Origin: Octopus sinensis
Lineage: Eukaryota
NCBI RefSeq assembly: GCF_006345805.1
Contig: NC_043001.1
Location: forward strand, 54,498,001-54,562,000
DNA length: 64,000 nt
Direction: 5' to 3'
In this document: positions 51,577 through 64,000 of the stretch, piece by piece
Layout of the letters: every line of letters starts with the position of its first letter
Position numbering within the stretch: the stretch's first letter is position 1
Position numbers and translations under genes: made by a program
Notes under the pieces: generated by a model
Seen by the model: the letters and a program-made list of their open reading frames with translations, nothing else
Database searches by the model: none
Told to the model about the DNA's origin: nothing

Positions 51577-51975
51577 GGCGCAGGAGTGGCTGTGTGGTAA
51601 GTAGCTTGTTTACCAGCCACATGTTCCGGGTTCAGTTCCACTGCGTGGCACCTTCGGCAAGTGTCTTCTACTATAGCCTCGGGCCGACCAAAGCCTTGTG
51701 AGTGGATTTGGTAGACGGAAACTGAAAGAAGCCCGTCGTATATATGTATATATATATGCGCGTGTGTGTTTGTGTGTCTGCGTTTGTCCCCCTAGCATTG
51801 CTTGACAACCGATGCTGGTGTGTTTATGTCCCCGTTACTTAGCAGTTCGGCAAAAGAGACCGATAGAATAAGTACTGGGCTTACAAAAGAATAAGTCGAG
51901 TTGCTCGATTAAAGGCGGTGCTCCAGCATGGCCGCAGTCAAATGACTGAAACAAGTAAAAGAGAAATAAAAGAGA
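51577..51975 (+). mobile_element. Near full-length SINE family A
   Basis: tRNA-like head GGCGCAGGAGTGGCTGTGTGG...GGTTCAGTTCC, CORE-like GGCACCTTCGGCAAGTGTC, internal microsatellite, LINE-like tail. Confidence 0.92.
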
Positions 51976-52001
51976 AAGATATATATTTATATATAGATGC
52001 A

Positions 52002-52055
<54 letters not shown>

Positions 52056-54388
52056 GATCTTTATATTTATATATATACATATATTTATATGTATGTATAT
52101 CTATATAATACGTATATATATATTTATGTATATTTATGTATATATGTATATTTATATATATATGTCTCTATATATATTTATATTTATATATATATGTACG
52201 TACATACATAGATATTTATATACGTACACTCACACACGCATACACATTTATGTGTGTTTGTGTATATATATATATATATATAATATATATATATATATAC
52301 ACGCCATCTGCATTGATTTGTAAATACACAATTCTATTGTATAATGAATAGCAAGCCTATTAATGCAGACATGCAAAATGATTTATTATACACTGAAATT
52401 GTTATTACATGATGAATACTGCGAAACGGCCGTAACCCTAAGAATGTCTACAAATATATATATATATATATATATATGGGAAGGGGACCAAATAACCGGG
52501 GCAAAATGAGTAACTTCTGACTTCATTCCATTACAAGTTTTGCATCGTCTTTAAGAGTAAAAGTTGGTCAGCATAGTTGTTGTTGTAGTTGATAGAGTCC
52601 GAAACATAGGTGGCAGGTTCTCTTTTTTCAAGAAATTTTTCCTCAATTTTTGGTGTTTAACATTCAATATTCTTTTCTCTGTTGGATTATAAGTCAATTT
52701 TTTTCCCCACACTGATGTCTAATTTGATCATTTCAAGTTTCAAAAAATTACGTCTAAAATGAGGGAAATTGAGTAATGTCTTATTTCAATAATTTCTTGT
52801 TTTGGTGAGAAGTAAGCATATTTATTCACTGTATGATTGTTAAATATATCACGAAGAGGACACTCCTGCAGAGCATGAAGAAACTATAGATAATATTTTA
52901 TGTCGAATTATTTTTATTTCATTTGTTTGAATTTCGGTAATTTCATATCATGTGCCATTTTTCCATGATCCACTTTCATTTGACCAAGATATTTATTTTC
53001 TTTCTATTTTATTTCTGATCTTTATTTATATTTCACGAGCAAATTCTTGTATTTTGTTTTGTTTTCTGTATGTACTTTGTGACCTATCCAACTACAGAGT
53101 TCAACCAAATTAAACTCGGATTTTGAAAAGAGTCTTCCTCGCAGTTTCCTTTCGGATATACAGGAATACGCAAAGAGTTCTAAGTACCAGTTATTTGTCG
53201 TGCAATTAAACCTATATCGCAACACACACACACATTCTTGTATATGACTACACATTTGATGTGAAGTGGCGAGTTAGTCGAAGATTTAACCGACTGCAAT
53301 ATTTGACTATTAGTAATGCCACCGACTCGGGGAAAGAGAGAAAGACAAATCTAGTTTGGTGGAATTCGAACGGAAAAGAGAAACGAGCGCAATTAAACAC
53401 TACAAAATACGTTTGACCACGTCTTTAACAGTTTCGCCAATCTTTGACTCTAAAGTTTTTGCTAATAATAAAATAACAAATATATTAAAAAGTGTGGGGT
53501 TTTATCGTTTTCTGGTTTTAAAAAAAAGTTAATGTTATTCTTATAAAAATACTTCTTTGAACAACGTTTTGCTTGTTTTCACATTATTTCCTGATATTTT
53601 TTCCGGAAATCTCATTGTTTCCGGAATTTCGTCACTCAATCATTAACATAAGCTTAATATTGTCTTAGTACTAGCGTACATATTCGCACACGCACACGCA
53701 CACACACACACACACACACTGTTTCACTTACACAAATGTATACATATACATCTTCGCATACGCATTATATATAAACACACTCATACGCACACACATGCAC
53801 ATTTTTCGTGTTACAAACTGCGAGGTGTTTTTCTATACAACTGTGTGTGTGTGTGTGTGTCTGTCTGTCTGTGTCTGTTTGTCTGTCTGTGTGTAAATGA
53901 GTAGGCTTTGCGTACTGTGCAGGCGTAGAGCCAACTAAGAGAACTCAAGATGTTTGAGAAGAGTAGAATATTTATTTGCTACAATGAAAAGGCAATTGTT
54001 CGCCTAGTTCGTCTTTCGATTTTTCAGACTGCGATAATAACGGAATATATTGTTATGTATATATAGGTTTCTATATCAACAAAATCGTATAGGGGCTTTT
54101 TTTATCATTGGTTGATGTGTTTAGTTTAAAATATAGCGGGTAATTTCTTTTTGGGGGGTATAGTGTCGGGCGTTGATCTTGAAGATTAGTTGGATGATCA
54201 GAGTGGTAGTTTCATGTGGGAAAGAGTTCTCACTTGGATTTGAGAGGCAGAGTAAGATGATTTGATTGGCTCAGGAAGTAATGAGCTGTTTGGTGACGTT
54301 TAGAGCTCTTTGTGTGCATGAACTCGTGTGTGTGTATGCGCGCACGTAGACAGGAATAGTAGTACCTGAAAATTTAACAGAAGTTCCA

Positions 54389-54742
54389 CACAGGCGTGGC
54401 TGTGTGCTAAGGAGCTTGCTTTGCAATCACATGATTCCGAATTCAGTGCCACTACCTGGTACCTTGGGCAAGTGTCTTCTACTATAGACTCAAAGCTTTG
54501 TGGGTGAATTTGGCAGACGGAAACTGAAATAAGCCCGTTGTGTGTGTCTGTGTTTGTCCCCCACCGCTGCTTTGGTGTATTTATGTCCCCGTAGCTCATC
54601 GGTTCGGCTAAAGAGAACGCTAGAATAAGTACAAGGCTTTAAAAAAAGTAATGGGCTGGATTCATTCGACTAAAAGTTCTTCAAGATATCAGATTGCAAG
54701 GCCACAATCTAATGAGTGAAACAAGTAAATGATAAAAGATAA
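54389..54742 (+). mobile_element. SINE family A, degenerate copy
   Basis: CAGGCGTGGCTGTGTG...ACCTTGGGCAAGTGTCTTCTACTATAG...GAAACAAGTAAA. Confidence 0.8.
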
Positions 54743-54890
54743 AAGACAGTAATTGGATTCATATTCCGAAAGCTTGCACTGGTATGCAAACTAGGCAGAT
54801 CAATTTAGTTCTGTCAGAGTTTACGTAAACTCTGTTCTCTCTCTCCATCCCCCCATCTCCTTCTCCCTCTCTGGACAGAAACAAATAACA

Positions 54891-54933
54891 GATCTCTGAT
54901 GAAGAATTAGTAAATTCTGAAATTAGTTAGATC
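54891..54933 (+). ncRNA. Minimal type I hammerhead ribozyme motif
   Basis: GATCT-CTGATGA-AGAAT(TAGTAA)ATTCT-GAAA-TTAG-TT-AGATC: perfect 5-bp stems I and II, canonical CUGAUGA/GAAA core, GUU triplet. Confidence 0.75.
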
Positions 54934-55160
54934 CCCTCTCTTTATTTGTGACCACAGAAAAAAGAGTGATTTGTAAGCACAAACTCTACTTTTCATAAAG
55001 TGGCCAAACATGTGGAGTTGGTGGGGGTGGGGTTAATACACATGCTTGTTATTTTATTGTTCCTTTGTCCGTTCCTGATCAATGGAAATACTAACCACTT
55101 ATGAAATCAATAACTGCTATATGTTGTGCGATTAAACGAGCAACTGTCTTTAGCCCAACA

Positions 55161-55197
55161 ACCACTGACGAGGTGAACAGTCACTAAAACATCTAGT
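55161..55197 (+). ncRNA. Decayed hammerhead-like motif
   Basis: ACCA-CTGACGA-GGTGA(ACAG)TCACT-AAAA-CATC-TAGT; deviations from an ideal hammerhead are C>T or G>A changes. Confidence 0.4.
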
Positions 55198-56164
55198 AGT
55201 CCCTAGATGTAAGTTGTGTTAAATATTCCATGTTTCGTTTCTGAAATTTATTTAAGGTCCGTTCTTCTTGTTTTACACACACACACACACACACACACAT
55301 ATTTATAAATTTGTAAACAAACCTGAAGGAGAATTACGGAGAAGAGTTATACATACATACATATACATATATAGATACATCCGTTCATGTACTCACACAT
55401 ACACACACATATATAAGTATGTAATTATATGTACGTGTTTGTTTGTGTGTATGTGTATGTGTGTGTGTGTGTGTGTGTGTTAGTCGAACAGATATTGAGG
55501 AGGCAATAACTCAGTAAAGTTATCAAAACATTGTAAAAGTAGAGACAATATTTCTTTATTATATTTCTATTATTAACGGATCATGATTTGGCAACAGTAC
55601 ATTTGTTCCCATATATTTCTGTATATCCTGAAAGGAGAGAATGAATATATTAAAAAACAACAGCTTTTATAAGTATTAACATGAAAAAAAAAAACATTGC
55701 TTCATTTCCTTCGTCCGTTATTGCTATGAAGTTATTCATATCTATATATTTATTGCGTTAATGCTTATATAAGCTGTTATACAATACTTTTATCTTTGAG
55801 GGGGTGCAGTTATAGACTGTATCTCCTCAAAAGTAAAAACGAATGCCTTCTTAAGCAGAGGTTTATATAAGTATTAAACCGAACTGTTGCTACTTCTTAT
55901 ACTAGCAAATCTACCCATCTACGATGGAGGCATAAAATGAGGGTGGGAAGTCATAACAGCAATATGTATTGAGAAATGGGTAAATGGACTTGATAGATTA
56001 CTGGGTGTTGTCTTAGAGAAATCCCATTATTGTTGGTGATTCAGCATTCTATTGCAGCTATATGACATGTGTTTGCAACTGACATATGATGACGATTCAC
56101 TCCCGAACTGAAATAAGCTCCCAGCCTCGGTATCATGAATGGTTATGGGGACCACTCCTAATGA

Positions 56165-56312
56165 AAGCCAGACCTTCCTTTGACCACTACATGAAAACCT
56201 TCATGATTATCTCCTTCGTAATCCCGAAAAACATTGTGACCATTGGTCCAGCCGTTTGACCGCGAAGAGGGCACAGACAGACAGACGGACATAACGCCCA
56301 TTATAGTAGGAT
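56165..56312 (-). mobile_element. Helitron/HINE-like 5' fragment
   Basis: Minus strand ATCCTACTATAA...TGTCCGTCTGTCTGTCTG...AAACGGCTGGACCAAT. Confidence 0.5.
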
Positions 56313-56343
56313 TATCTCGCAAATTATTACATAAAAAGTATAC

Positions 56344-56418
<75 letters not shown>

Positions 56419-57550
56419 GAAAAAGACAGACAGACAGGTAGATGGATAGTTACATAGACATACATACATACATACATATATACATACATATATGTACGTA
56501 TGTATTTGCGTGTGTATAAGCCCACACAAACTTGAAGTCACATGATTTTCGATAGTTCATTGGTTTTGTTTGTTTTGTTGTTGTTTTTCATGTAGATGTT
56601 GACGTTGTTGTTGCAAACGATGAGCGTTATTCCTAGAAAAATACATTCTAAATATATACCAAAATACATTCGACGAGGTTTTGTTTTTCTTTTTTCATTT
56701 GCGGGGGGAGGGGTGAAGTTATCAACAATCACCCCCACACCAGCGTTACCACTCATGGAAACAAGTAGTAGTTCAGCAGTAGTGGAACAATGAAATACAA
56801 AATCTCTTTCTCTTTGGAATGTTGACTGTAAGTAGAATATGATTGTCCGTTTTGTGTAACCCCACCCAATGATGGTGCCATCAAATTTTGACCTTTACAA
56901 GCAAATACCTTGAAAGCAACAGTAGGCTCAAACGTTGACACGGATTTCCAGTCAAGTTGAATCTCGGGCTGTGTGTAAATAACAAGAGAATCTTCCAGCA
57001 TCAATCAGTTGATGTTGTTTGGGGTTTTTTTTAAATGAAAAAGGGCTGCTGACTTCATTTTATTTGACTCATTTTAGTATTTGGTTCAGCGTTTTGGGGA
57101 TGGGGATTCTTGAGGGTTCTTTGTTATATTTGATAATGGCAATGATATGGGAGTTTGGGGTGATGATGATAATGATCGTGGTGGTGGTGGGCATAGTGGT
57201 AGTGGTGGTGGCGATGGCTTTGATTGTAACGGAGATGGTGGTGATGATAGTGATCAGTAATTTTTTTTTACCAAAATTAGACTGCGACCAACAAATGCGC
57301 ATATGATACATAAATAATAAGTACACACACACACATACACACACACACACACACACATACACACACACACACACAACACACATACATACACATATATACA
57401 TACATACATGGCCGCTATCAACTTGTAGACGAGTATGACCATCACTGACAAATAATCTTATTCTAGAGGTTAATGACACGGGGCTGTCAGTAATGCCTCA
57501 GCTGAAATTTAAACTCAAAGCAGCTTGCACAACACCGCTAAGAATCTCAC

Positions 57551-57860
57551 CTAAAAAGCCGAGTCATCATCATCGCCCTCCTCCTCCTCCTCCTCCTCAT
57601 CATCATCATCAGCATCATCATGATCGTTGCCAGAAGGAAAGAATACATAGTCATACATCCTTATCGGCGCTCGTAGTTGCGTCAGCGTAAAATCGAATTT
57701 CTCTTCGGTTTCCGTTTTCGCTTTTTGTATTGTGTAGCGGCAGTGAGAAAATGAACTCTACAACATCATATCCTTCGTCCTTGATGTAAACGAACCAACG
57801 AAAAAAAAAGTTTACGAGTCGCTTCCGGATGTGCCCAGCAGAAATAGTTAACAAATTTTC
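57551..57860 (-). promoter_or_regulatory. Candidate CpG-enriched promoter or first exon of an unidentified minus-strand transcript
   Basis: Locally frequent CpG, ETS-type CCGGAAG (57822-28), ATGs at 57658/57654/57648, strong donor TTTAG|GTGAGA at 57551/57550. Confidence 0.3.
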
Positions 57861-58009
57861 TTAAATCTCATCTTAGGGTTTACAGTAGGCATTGACAACT
57901 TTTTAGAAGTTGGCCGCATGAGAGAGGACATATTATTAGGCTGTCCATACTTTTATCTTTAACTTGATTCAGTCATTAGAATACGGCTATGCAGAGACAC
58001 TGCTTTGAA

Positions 58010-58392
58010 GAATTTTTAGTCAGACGAATCAACCCCAGTATTTACATTTTGTTAAGCCTGGTACTTATTCTATCGTTCCCTTTTACGGGGACGTAAACAC
58101 ACAGCACCGGTTGTCAAGCGATGGTGCAGGACAAATACAGACACGTATACACACACACACATAAACACCAATATCGGCTGTCAAGCAGTGGTGGGTGACA
58201 AACACAGACATAAAGACAAACACACACACACACAACGGGCTTCTTTCAGTTTCCGTCTACCAGATCCATTCACAAGCCTTTGATCGGCCAGAGGTTACAG
58301 TGGAAGGCATTTGCCCAAAGGGCCACGCAGTGGGACTGAATCCAGAACCATGTGTGGGGAGCAAGCTTCTTATCACATAGCCACGGCTGCCT
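58010..58392 (-). mobile_element. SINE family A, inverted copy
   Basis: GGCTTCTTTCAGTTTCCGTCTACC...CCCAAAGGGCCACGCAGTGGGACTGAATCC is the family A reverse complement. Confidence 0.85.
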
Positions 58393-60519
58393 TCTGAAAA
58401 AATTCAAGGTAGTTTTTCGTTAGGCGCGCCAATCAAGAGGTCTCTCGGGCCGCAAGTTGTCATCACTGATTTACGGATCAACTTCTTCCACAAATACTAA
58501 ATCATCAGAGCAATCTCGTATTTTAACCCAAGCGGATTTTATTATTTATAGACAGCGTAAAAAGAGTTTGCTTCATCCGGTTATTTGGTCTTCATTACCG
58601 AACATCCATTGAGGTTCTGAAACAGCGTTTAATTAAGAATAATTAAGAAATCCTAGAAAAATTTATATTTCTTTTCAATTCAGGAAGGCAAAAAAAAACG
58701 AGCCTTTTTTAAACTAGAACTAGACTGTTCTCTAAATTTTGCTGGGTACATCTGGGAAGCCCACAATCTACTTTCTAGATGTGTAACTCAGTAGCTTCTC
58801 AACAGCTAACAAGAAAAGTGATGTAAGTAGTGATAACAGCAAGGAATTTTACTGACATTCCACTCCGTCTCTGAATGAAAATTTCCCAAAGCATCCCACT
58901 TAAATTAATATGCATTATTATGAACAAAAGAGCCGTACTGATGGCTCTTTCGCTCATAATGATGAAATCATTACATAGTCACTTGACCTGCTAAATATAG
59001 CATCCAAATTTTCCACAAATCAAATCCTGTTATCTTAAATAAAGAAAAAAATGTTTAATGATGTAGTCCAACATAGCCATAAAAATAAAGGAAGGTCAAA
59101 GTTTGAAAAACAGCTTTGCTCGATCACGGTTAACCTTTGGCTAAACAACAATAAGGCAGAGTTCTCCATCATATTAGATAATATGAATGCATGTACAAAC
59201 ATATGTTTGTCTTTATAATTACATCATTGTATTTATTTTAATCGCTTATATTTATAAATTAATTATCAATAATCGTATTTATGAAAGGATACCAATTCTT
59301 GTTTGTATTGTTTAGTTTGGGAAGGAAGAGAAGTGTTGGTGATTCTTTAGTTTTCAAGACCTTCAAAGCTGATGGGAGAAAGAGATGAAGGTATCCTCAA
59401 ATCCAAAACCAGGCTCAAATACTTGCAACAGAGTGGTCTCCGCTAAAGGTATCCAAATATTAACGTGGTGGCGTTAATCAGCGCGATAGAATAAATCTAC
59501 CAACCAAGAATTCAGAATGCAAATAGCCGGAACGAATACTACGAGGCATCTCATCCAATGTTTTAACAATTCTACCGATACGGACAGATACTTTGGGTTA
59601 TCGACAACTGAAAAATATGCAAGGTTAACTTCAGAAGGATTTGAACTCAAAACGCAGCGATGTGTTTCAAATACTTAACAACACTGCCAGTTAGTATTTT
59701 GTTGTTGTTCTTTGATCCTCTTTCGCTTTGATAGATCTACCGTGCTTCAGCGTGATCGCTCATTTGAATTTCTGGCATGGTATAATCTAGAACTACATTG
59801 ATCAAAATGTCTTCGATTATTATGAGCTTCCCCCGCCCACCCATCCCCTTAAACTAGCTTTTGCTCATCATGAGCAGAGTTATCATCTGGAACGTGAAGA
59901 AGGATTGCATTGCACTGCTCGAAAGCTCGACATCTAGCCCATGTTATTTCTAAACTCTTCATTATTTCTCTTTGTCCACCACCCAACTCCAAGATATAAT
60001 TAAATCTGTGGAATAAATCCCATTTCCCAGAAAGAAACACCTCTCACCCTGCCACTTATTTCCAGATCGCATTTGTTTCCAACGTCTTAAAGGTGATGAA
60101 GACAGCAATAAGATAACCATCTTCCTCACCTTGAATTTCTTTTCCTCTAGTGACCACCTGTTCGGTTTTCGTAAAACCAGATGGACTGTGTACCTACTCT
60201 CTCTTGTCACTCAGCGCCTGCCCACGAAGCATTTATTAAAAACAATGTGCTTGCAAAGGAAATCAGCAAAGCATTCTTCTATGTCTGGAAGGAAAGCTTT
60301 TTTGGAAAACTTCCTACCTATGTGCACTTTCCGTCTTTCACCTCTTGGAACTAACAAACGTTCTTTCGTATCCACATTCTCTATATCCTGGAATTTCCTA
60401 TGGTCAGGTTTTGTTCCTAACAAGCTTCAACTTTACATTAATAGTTTATTTCAAGTCACTTCTCACAACTCGCACTCGTCTGCAAACTTCAATCCTTTCT
60501 AATTATTTGCATTAGTTTG

Positions 60520-61000
60520 TCTTCCACATGCAACATAGAAACTTTAGGCAAAACCTGCACCAACACCATGAACAAAGACTTCAAAAGCGTCTTCAAAAAG
60601 GTTATGCTAATTTTGTCTTCTTCAAAAGCACAAAGACAGTCACTCTACATATATTCCTCCAGCCCTAAACAATATCATATTCCTCTAGTCTAAACATTAG
60701 TAACACCTTACTAGAATTACCAAAGTCGCTTCAGATGCCAGTCTTCACGATCATTGAATATCTTTCCTGGCAAACAAAGAACGCTGCTGTTGCTGCTGCT
60801 GCTTCACACACGGACATCCTAGACGACATCCAAAGAAAGGCCACTCTCTTCAATTTGGGGCCCAAATGACTCCTCCTCCCCACTGCCTTTTCTACTTCTC
60901 TGCACTTCGGTTAAGGCTGGCTTCGTGCACACCCGACTAGCTTGTCTGTTCTCCTCTTGCTAATAATATTGTGACCCACAAAACCCCGCAGCCATCTTTT
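60520..61000 (+). mobile_element. Highly decayed CR1/Jockey-group LINE RT C-terminus
   Basis: Remnant AAAASHTDILDDIQRKA resembles the LDRIQRKA motif; otherwise fragmented. Confidence 0.4.
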
Positions 61001-63624
61001 CTCTCCATCTTTTCTCTCCAGCTCCATCAACCATTTGGAAATAGCTACACCCCATCCTCACTCTGTCTTCTAGATTGATGCAGGAAGACGTATTCCTGCA
61101 GACATCCTCTTGCAGCTATTCATGAGAAGCCTTAGTCGTGTCGAACACATCTTGGAGGACACAAGCACAGCCATTTCACAACAAACAAAACTAATACATG
61201 TGCTGCACGCGCGCGCGTGGCTAAGATGAGCTGTTACAAAGGTGGTATGCCGGCGCTGTAGAGGTTAGCTGCCGTTAGGTGAATCTGCAGCTGGTTTCCA
61301 TTCTCGCAAGAAATTAATTTCAATTACCTCTACTTACGCCGCCAATTCTCTTAAGAAATGTATGATATCGTAAATTTTTTTTCTTTCCTTTCCTCCACAT
61401 CAACTTTCGGTTTTGTGCCTGACGCTACAGAATGACGTAAAAATTTACGAAGTACTTCATAACATCCTTATTTTTGAAACAATACAAAACTAACCTATAT
61501 TTCGTCAGAAAATAAATGCACAAGCAGCTCATATTTCTCAGACAATATACAGCTATTCTACATTTCTTAAACACTTTACTGCTGCCAATAACAATCCAAA
61601 ATTATATTTCCAAGAGAAAAAAAGACATGTTTATATTACCAATGAATCTGAGATTTTCAAAACATTTCCAAATTAACCTACATATTCCTGACAATACGGA
61701 AATAGTTTTTTTCCAGAGGACACTATGTAATTCTCTAATCATCTTCAAGTGATGCATTTTTAATTGTATACATCTTTTCCCATTCTTTGCAATAATGAAA
61801 TTATAGAACTTACAAACTATTATTATCTCTAGAGAGATGATCCAGAATTACAGTCAAATTTTCTTTAAACTCTATGCTACCGTCTTAAAAATCGATGAAT
61901 TTTTGGATAAAGTACTTTTGAATATTATATGCCAGTAAAGGAGACAAGCTGGCCGTTAATCTTTGGATACCTTTAGCGGAGTCCACTCTGTTGCAAGTAT
62001 GTATGTTTTGTCACAGATAAATATACAGAAGTATGGATTACTCTCAGTTGATAGATCGACAGCTGAGTGCTACTACTCGATTAGAGTTGAGAGGGGCCTG
62101 CACAAAAACAACATCTACAGGGATTCAACATTAATTACCTTCTCAATTAATTTTATATCTCTTCCGCCTTCAATTTCCATAGATTTTATTGTCCCGATTA
62201 ACTTTTAGCAACATTTTTTTCAGTGTCAGCGTTGCATTGAACCAAGAAACATAAAAGTGATGAGACTGATCTGATTTCAAATTAAATTTAAATATAATTT
62301 TAAATACTAAACCTCACAATCAGTGGCGATCGCACAAACGCCGCTTAGCAAACCCAGCATTCTACTAGTCCTCTATTACTAAAAAAAATTCTAGAATATC
62401 ACCCTTATAATTAAAAGGCATAATAGAACTTGTAGCCATATAATACTACTATCTTCATCATAGTTGTTGGACTAGTTTGAAAAATTTCAAACCATCTTAA
62501 CTTTATTAAGCATGGCAATCTGTCCACCCTCTATTCAATCCTCACAGCTTCGCTCTTATGAAAAACACTGGTCGAGTTACTATAGGTCTGAAAAAATACG
62601 GGATAGTCTGGTTTGGATGTCTTCGATCACAAGTATATTCAATCAGGGCTGTCTGGGGTTAAACAGCAACAGACCTGAAAGTACTGAGAACGACAATAAC
62701 TTTAGAAATCAACTGCTAGAGAGCATGTCATAAAAGAGATCACTGATGAGCACCAGGAATGCCATACAAACACACACAAACACAAACACACACAAACACA
62801 AACACACACACACACGCAAACACACACACACACACACACACATACACATAAACACACACACACAAATTACACGCACACTCGCACAAACACACACACAATC
62901 TTCCTTCTCTCTACCCTACCCTTCTCAAGAACATGACTATATAACTACAACTACAAAAACATACATAACAGTTCGAAGACAAACAGACTTAAAGCAGACC
63001 CCGTGGAGAAAAGGCATGCTACAGAAGAGGTCGTGGATGACGATGAAAGGACTTTGACAGACAACTGATTGGTAATTTCACCGACTGAATCGGCAAAAGA
63101 TCGATTTGTGCTTGGCTAAATAACTAACCAATACAGAAAGGAAACTCAACCAGTGCGTGTGTTTATTATTGGTGTAATGGCCCTCCCAAGATACAAAAAG
63201 AGTACAACAAAGTACTTCTGTAATATCAGCGTAGACATAGCTATGGTTCTGAAACCAGTGCATGAAGAATTCAGTATTATTTTGAATTAAAACTTACCAA
63301 ATTTAACTCTAAATAGAACTGAAACTTAAGTCAAGAATTTACGTCTATAACTAAGATGCCTTTGTATGAAAATATTTGATAAGCGATCGTCTACCATAAT
63401 AAAAGAGACATTATTTCTTTATCTATCTAGCTACCAAATGGATGAACTATCCATTTAATCAAGGAATTTGTTGGGTAACGACCAGAAATTACTTACTTGT
63501 GTGGAACGATCTACAAAGCTTTTTATGTTATGCTTGTTTAGAAAATATTCAATATGAGATACTGGGCAACTGCTGTAACTACTAAGACATCGGGCATAAT
63601 ATCTTACATCTAAATTGGTTTATT

Positions 63625-63630
63625 ATATAT

Positions 63631-63680
<50 letters not shown>

Positions 63681-63681
63681 C

Positions 63682-63716
<35 letters not shown>

Positions 63717-63960
63717 GTGTGTATATATGTATGTATGTATGCATGTATGCATACGCGCAAATATACACAATTACACACATGTGCAAAATAAATACATACA
63801 TTTGCACACGTATATATGTAATGTGTGTGTGTGTATGTATGTATATATATATATATAAAGAAGAAGAAGAAGAAGAAGAAGAAGAAGAAGAAGAAGAAGA
63901 AGAAGAAGAAGAAGAAGAAGAAGAAGAAGAAGAAGAAGAAGAAGAAGAAGAAGAAGAAGA
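63625..63960. repeat. Compound (AT)n/(GT)n tract ending in about 34 perfect AAG units (63858-63960)
   Basis: Direct reading. Confidence 0.95.
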
Positions 63961-64000
63961 AACAGCAGGAACTTTGGAACATATAACAACGAATGAAAAT

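Overview
Eukaryotic, AT-rich, repeat-dense DNA. It is most consistent with an octopus (coleoid cephalopod) genome, an inference from the SINE families and microsatellite load. One host gene is well supported: a + strand Shroom-like gene whose five coding exons (28088-28980, 36613-36697, 41394-41495, 43441-43602, 45492-45794) splice in frame through GT-AG introns and end in an ASD2/SD2 domain. Its 5' end is unresolved, and the normally conserved ROCK-binding patch SLSGRLA reads KLSVLLA. The rest is transposable elements and simple repeats: two mariner copies, hAT/Tc1/pogo-type MITEs, Helitron-like elements, Penelope-like, CR1, RTE and RLE-type LINE fragments, and three tRNA-derived SINE families. 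Best leads: the divergent Shroom; a SINE tail sharing a covarying stem-loop with an adjacent CR1 3' end; several minimal hammerhead-ribozyme motifs; a perfect 116-bp fold-back inside a mariner; and young 297-bp direct repeats inside an old LINE. No CRISPR arrays, rRNA or true tRNA genes were seen. All calls are by eye, without database searches, and repeat boundaries are approximate.
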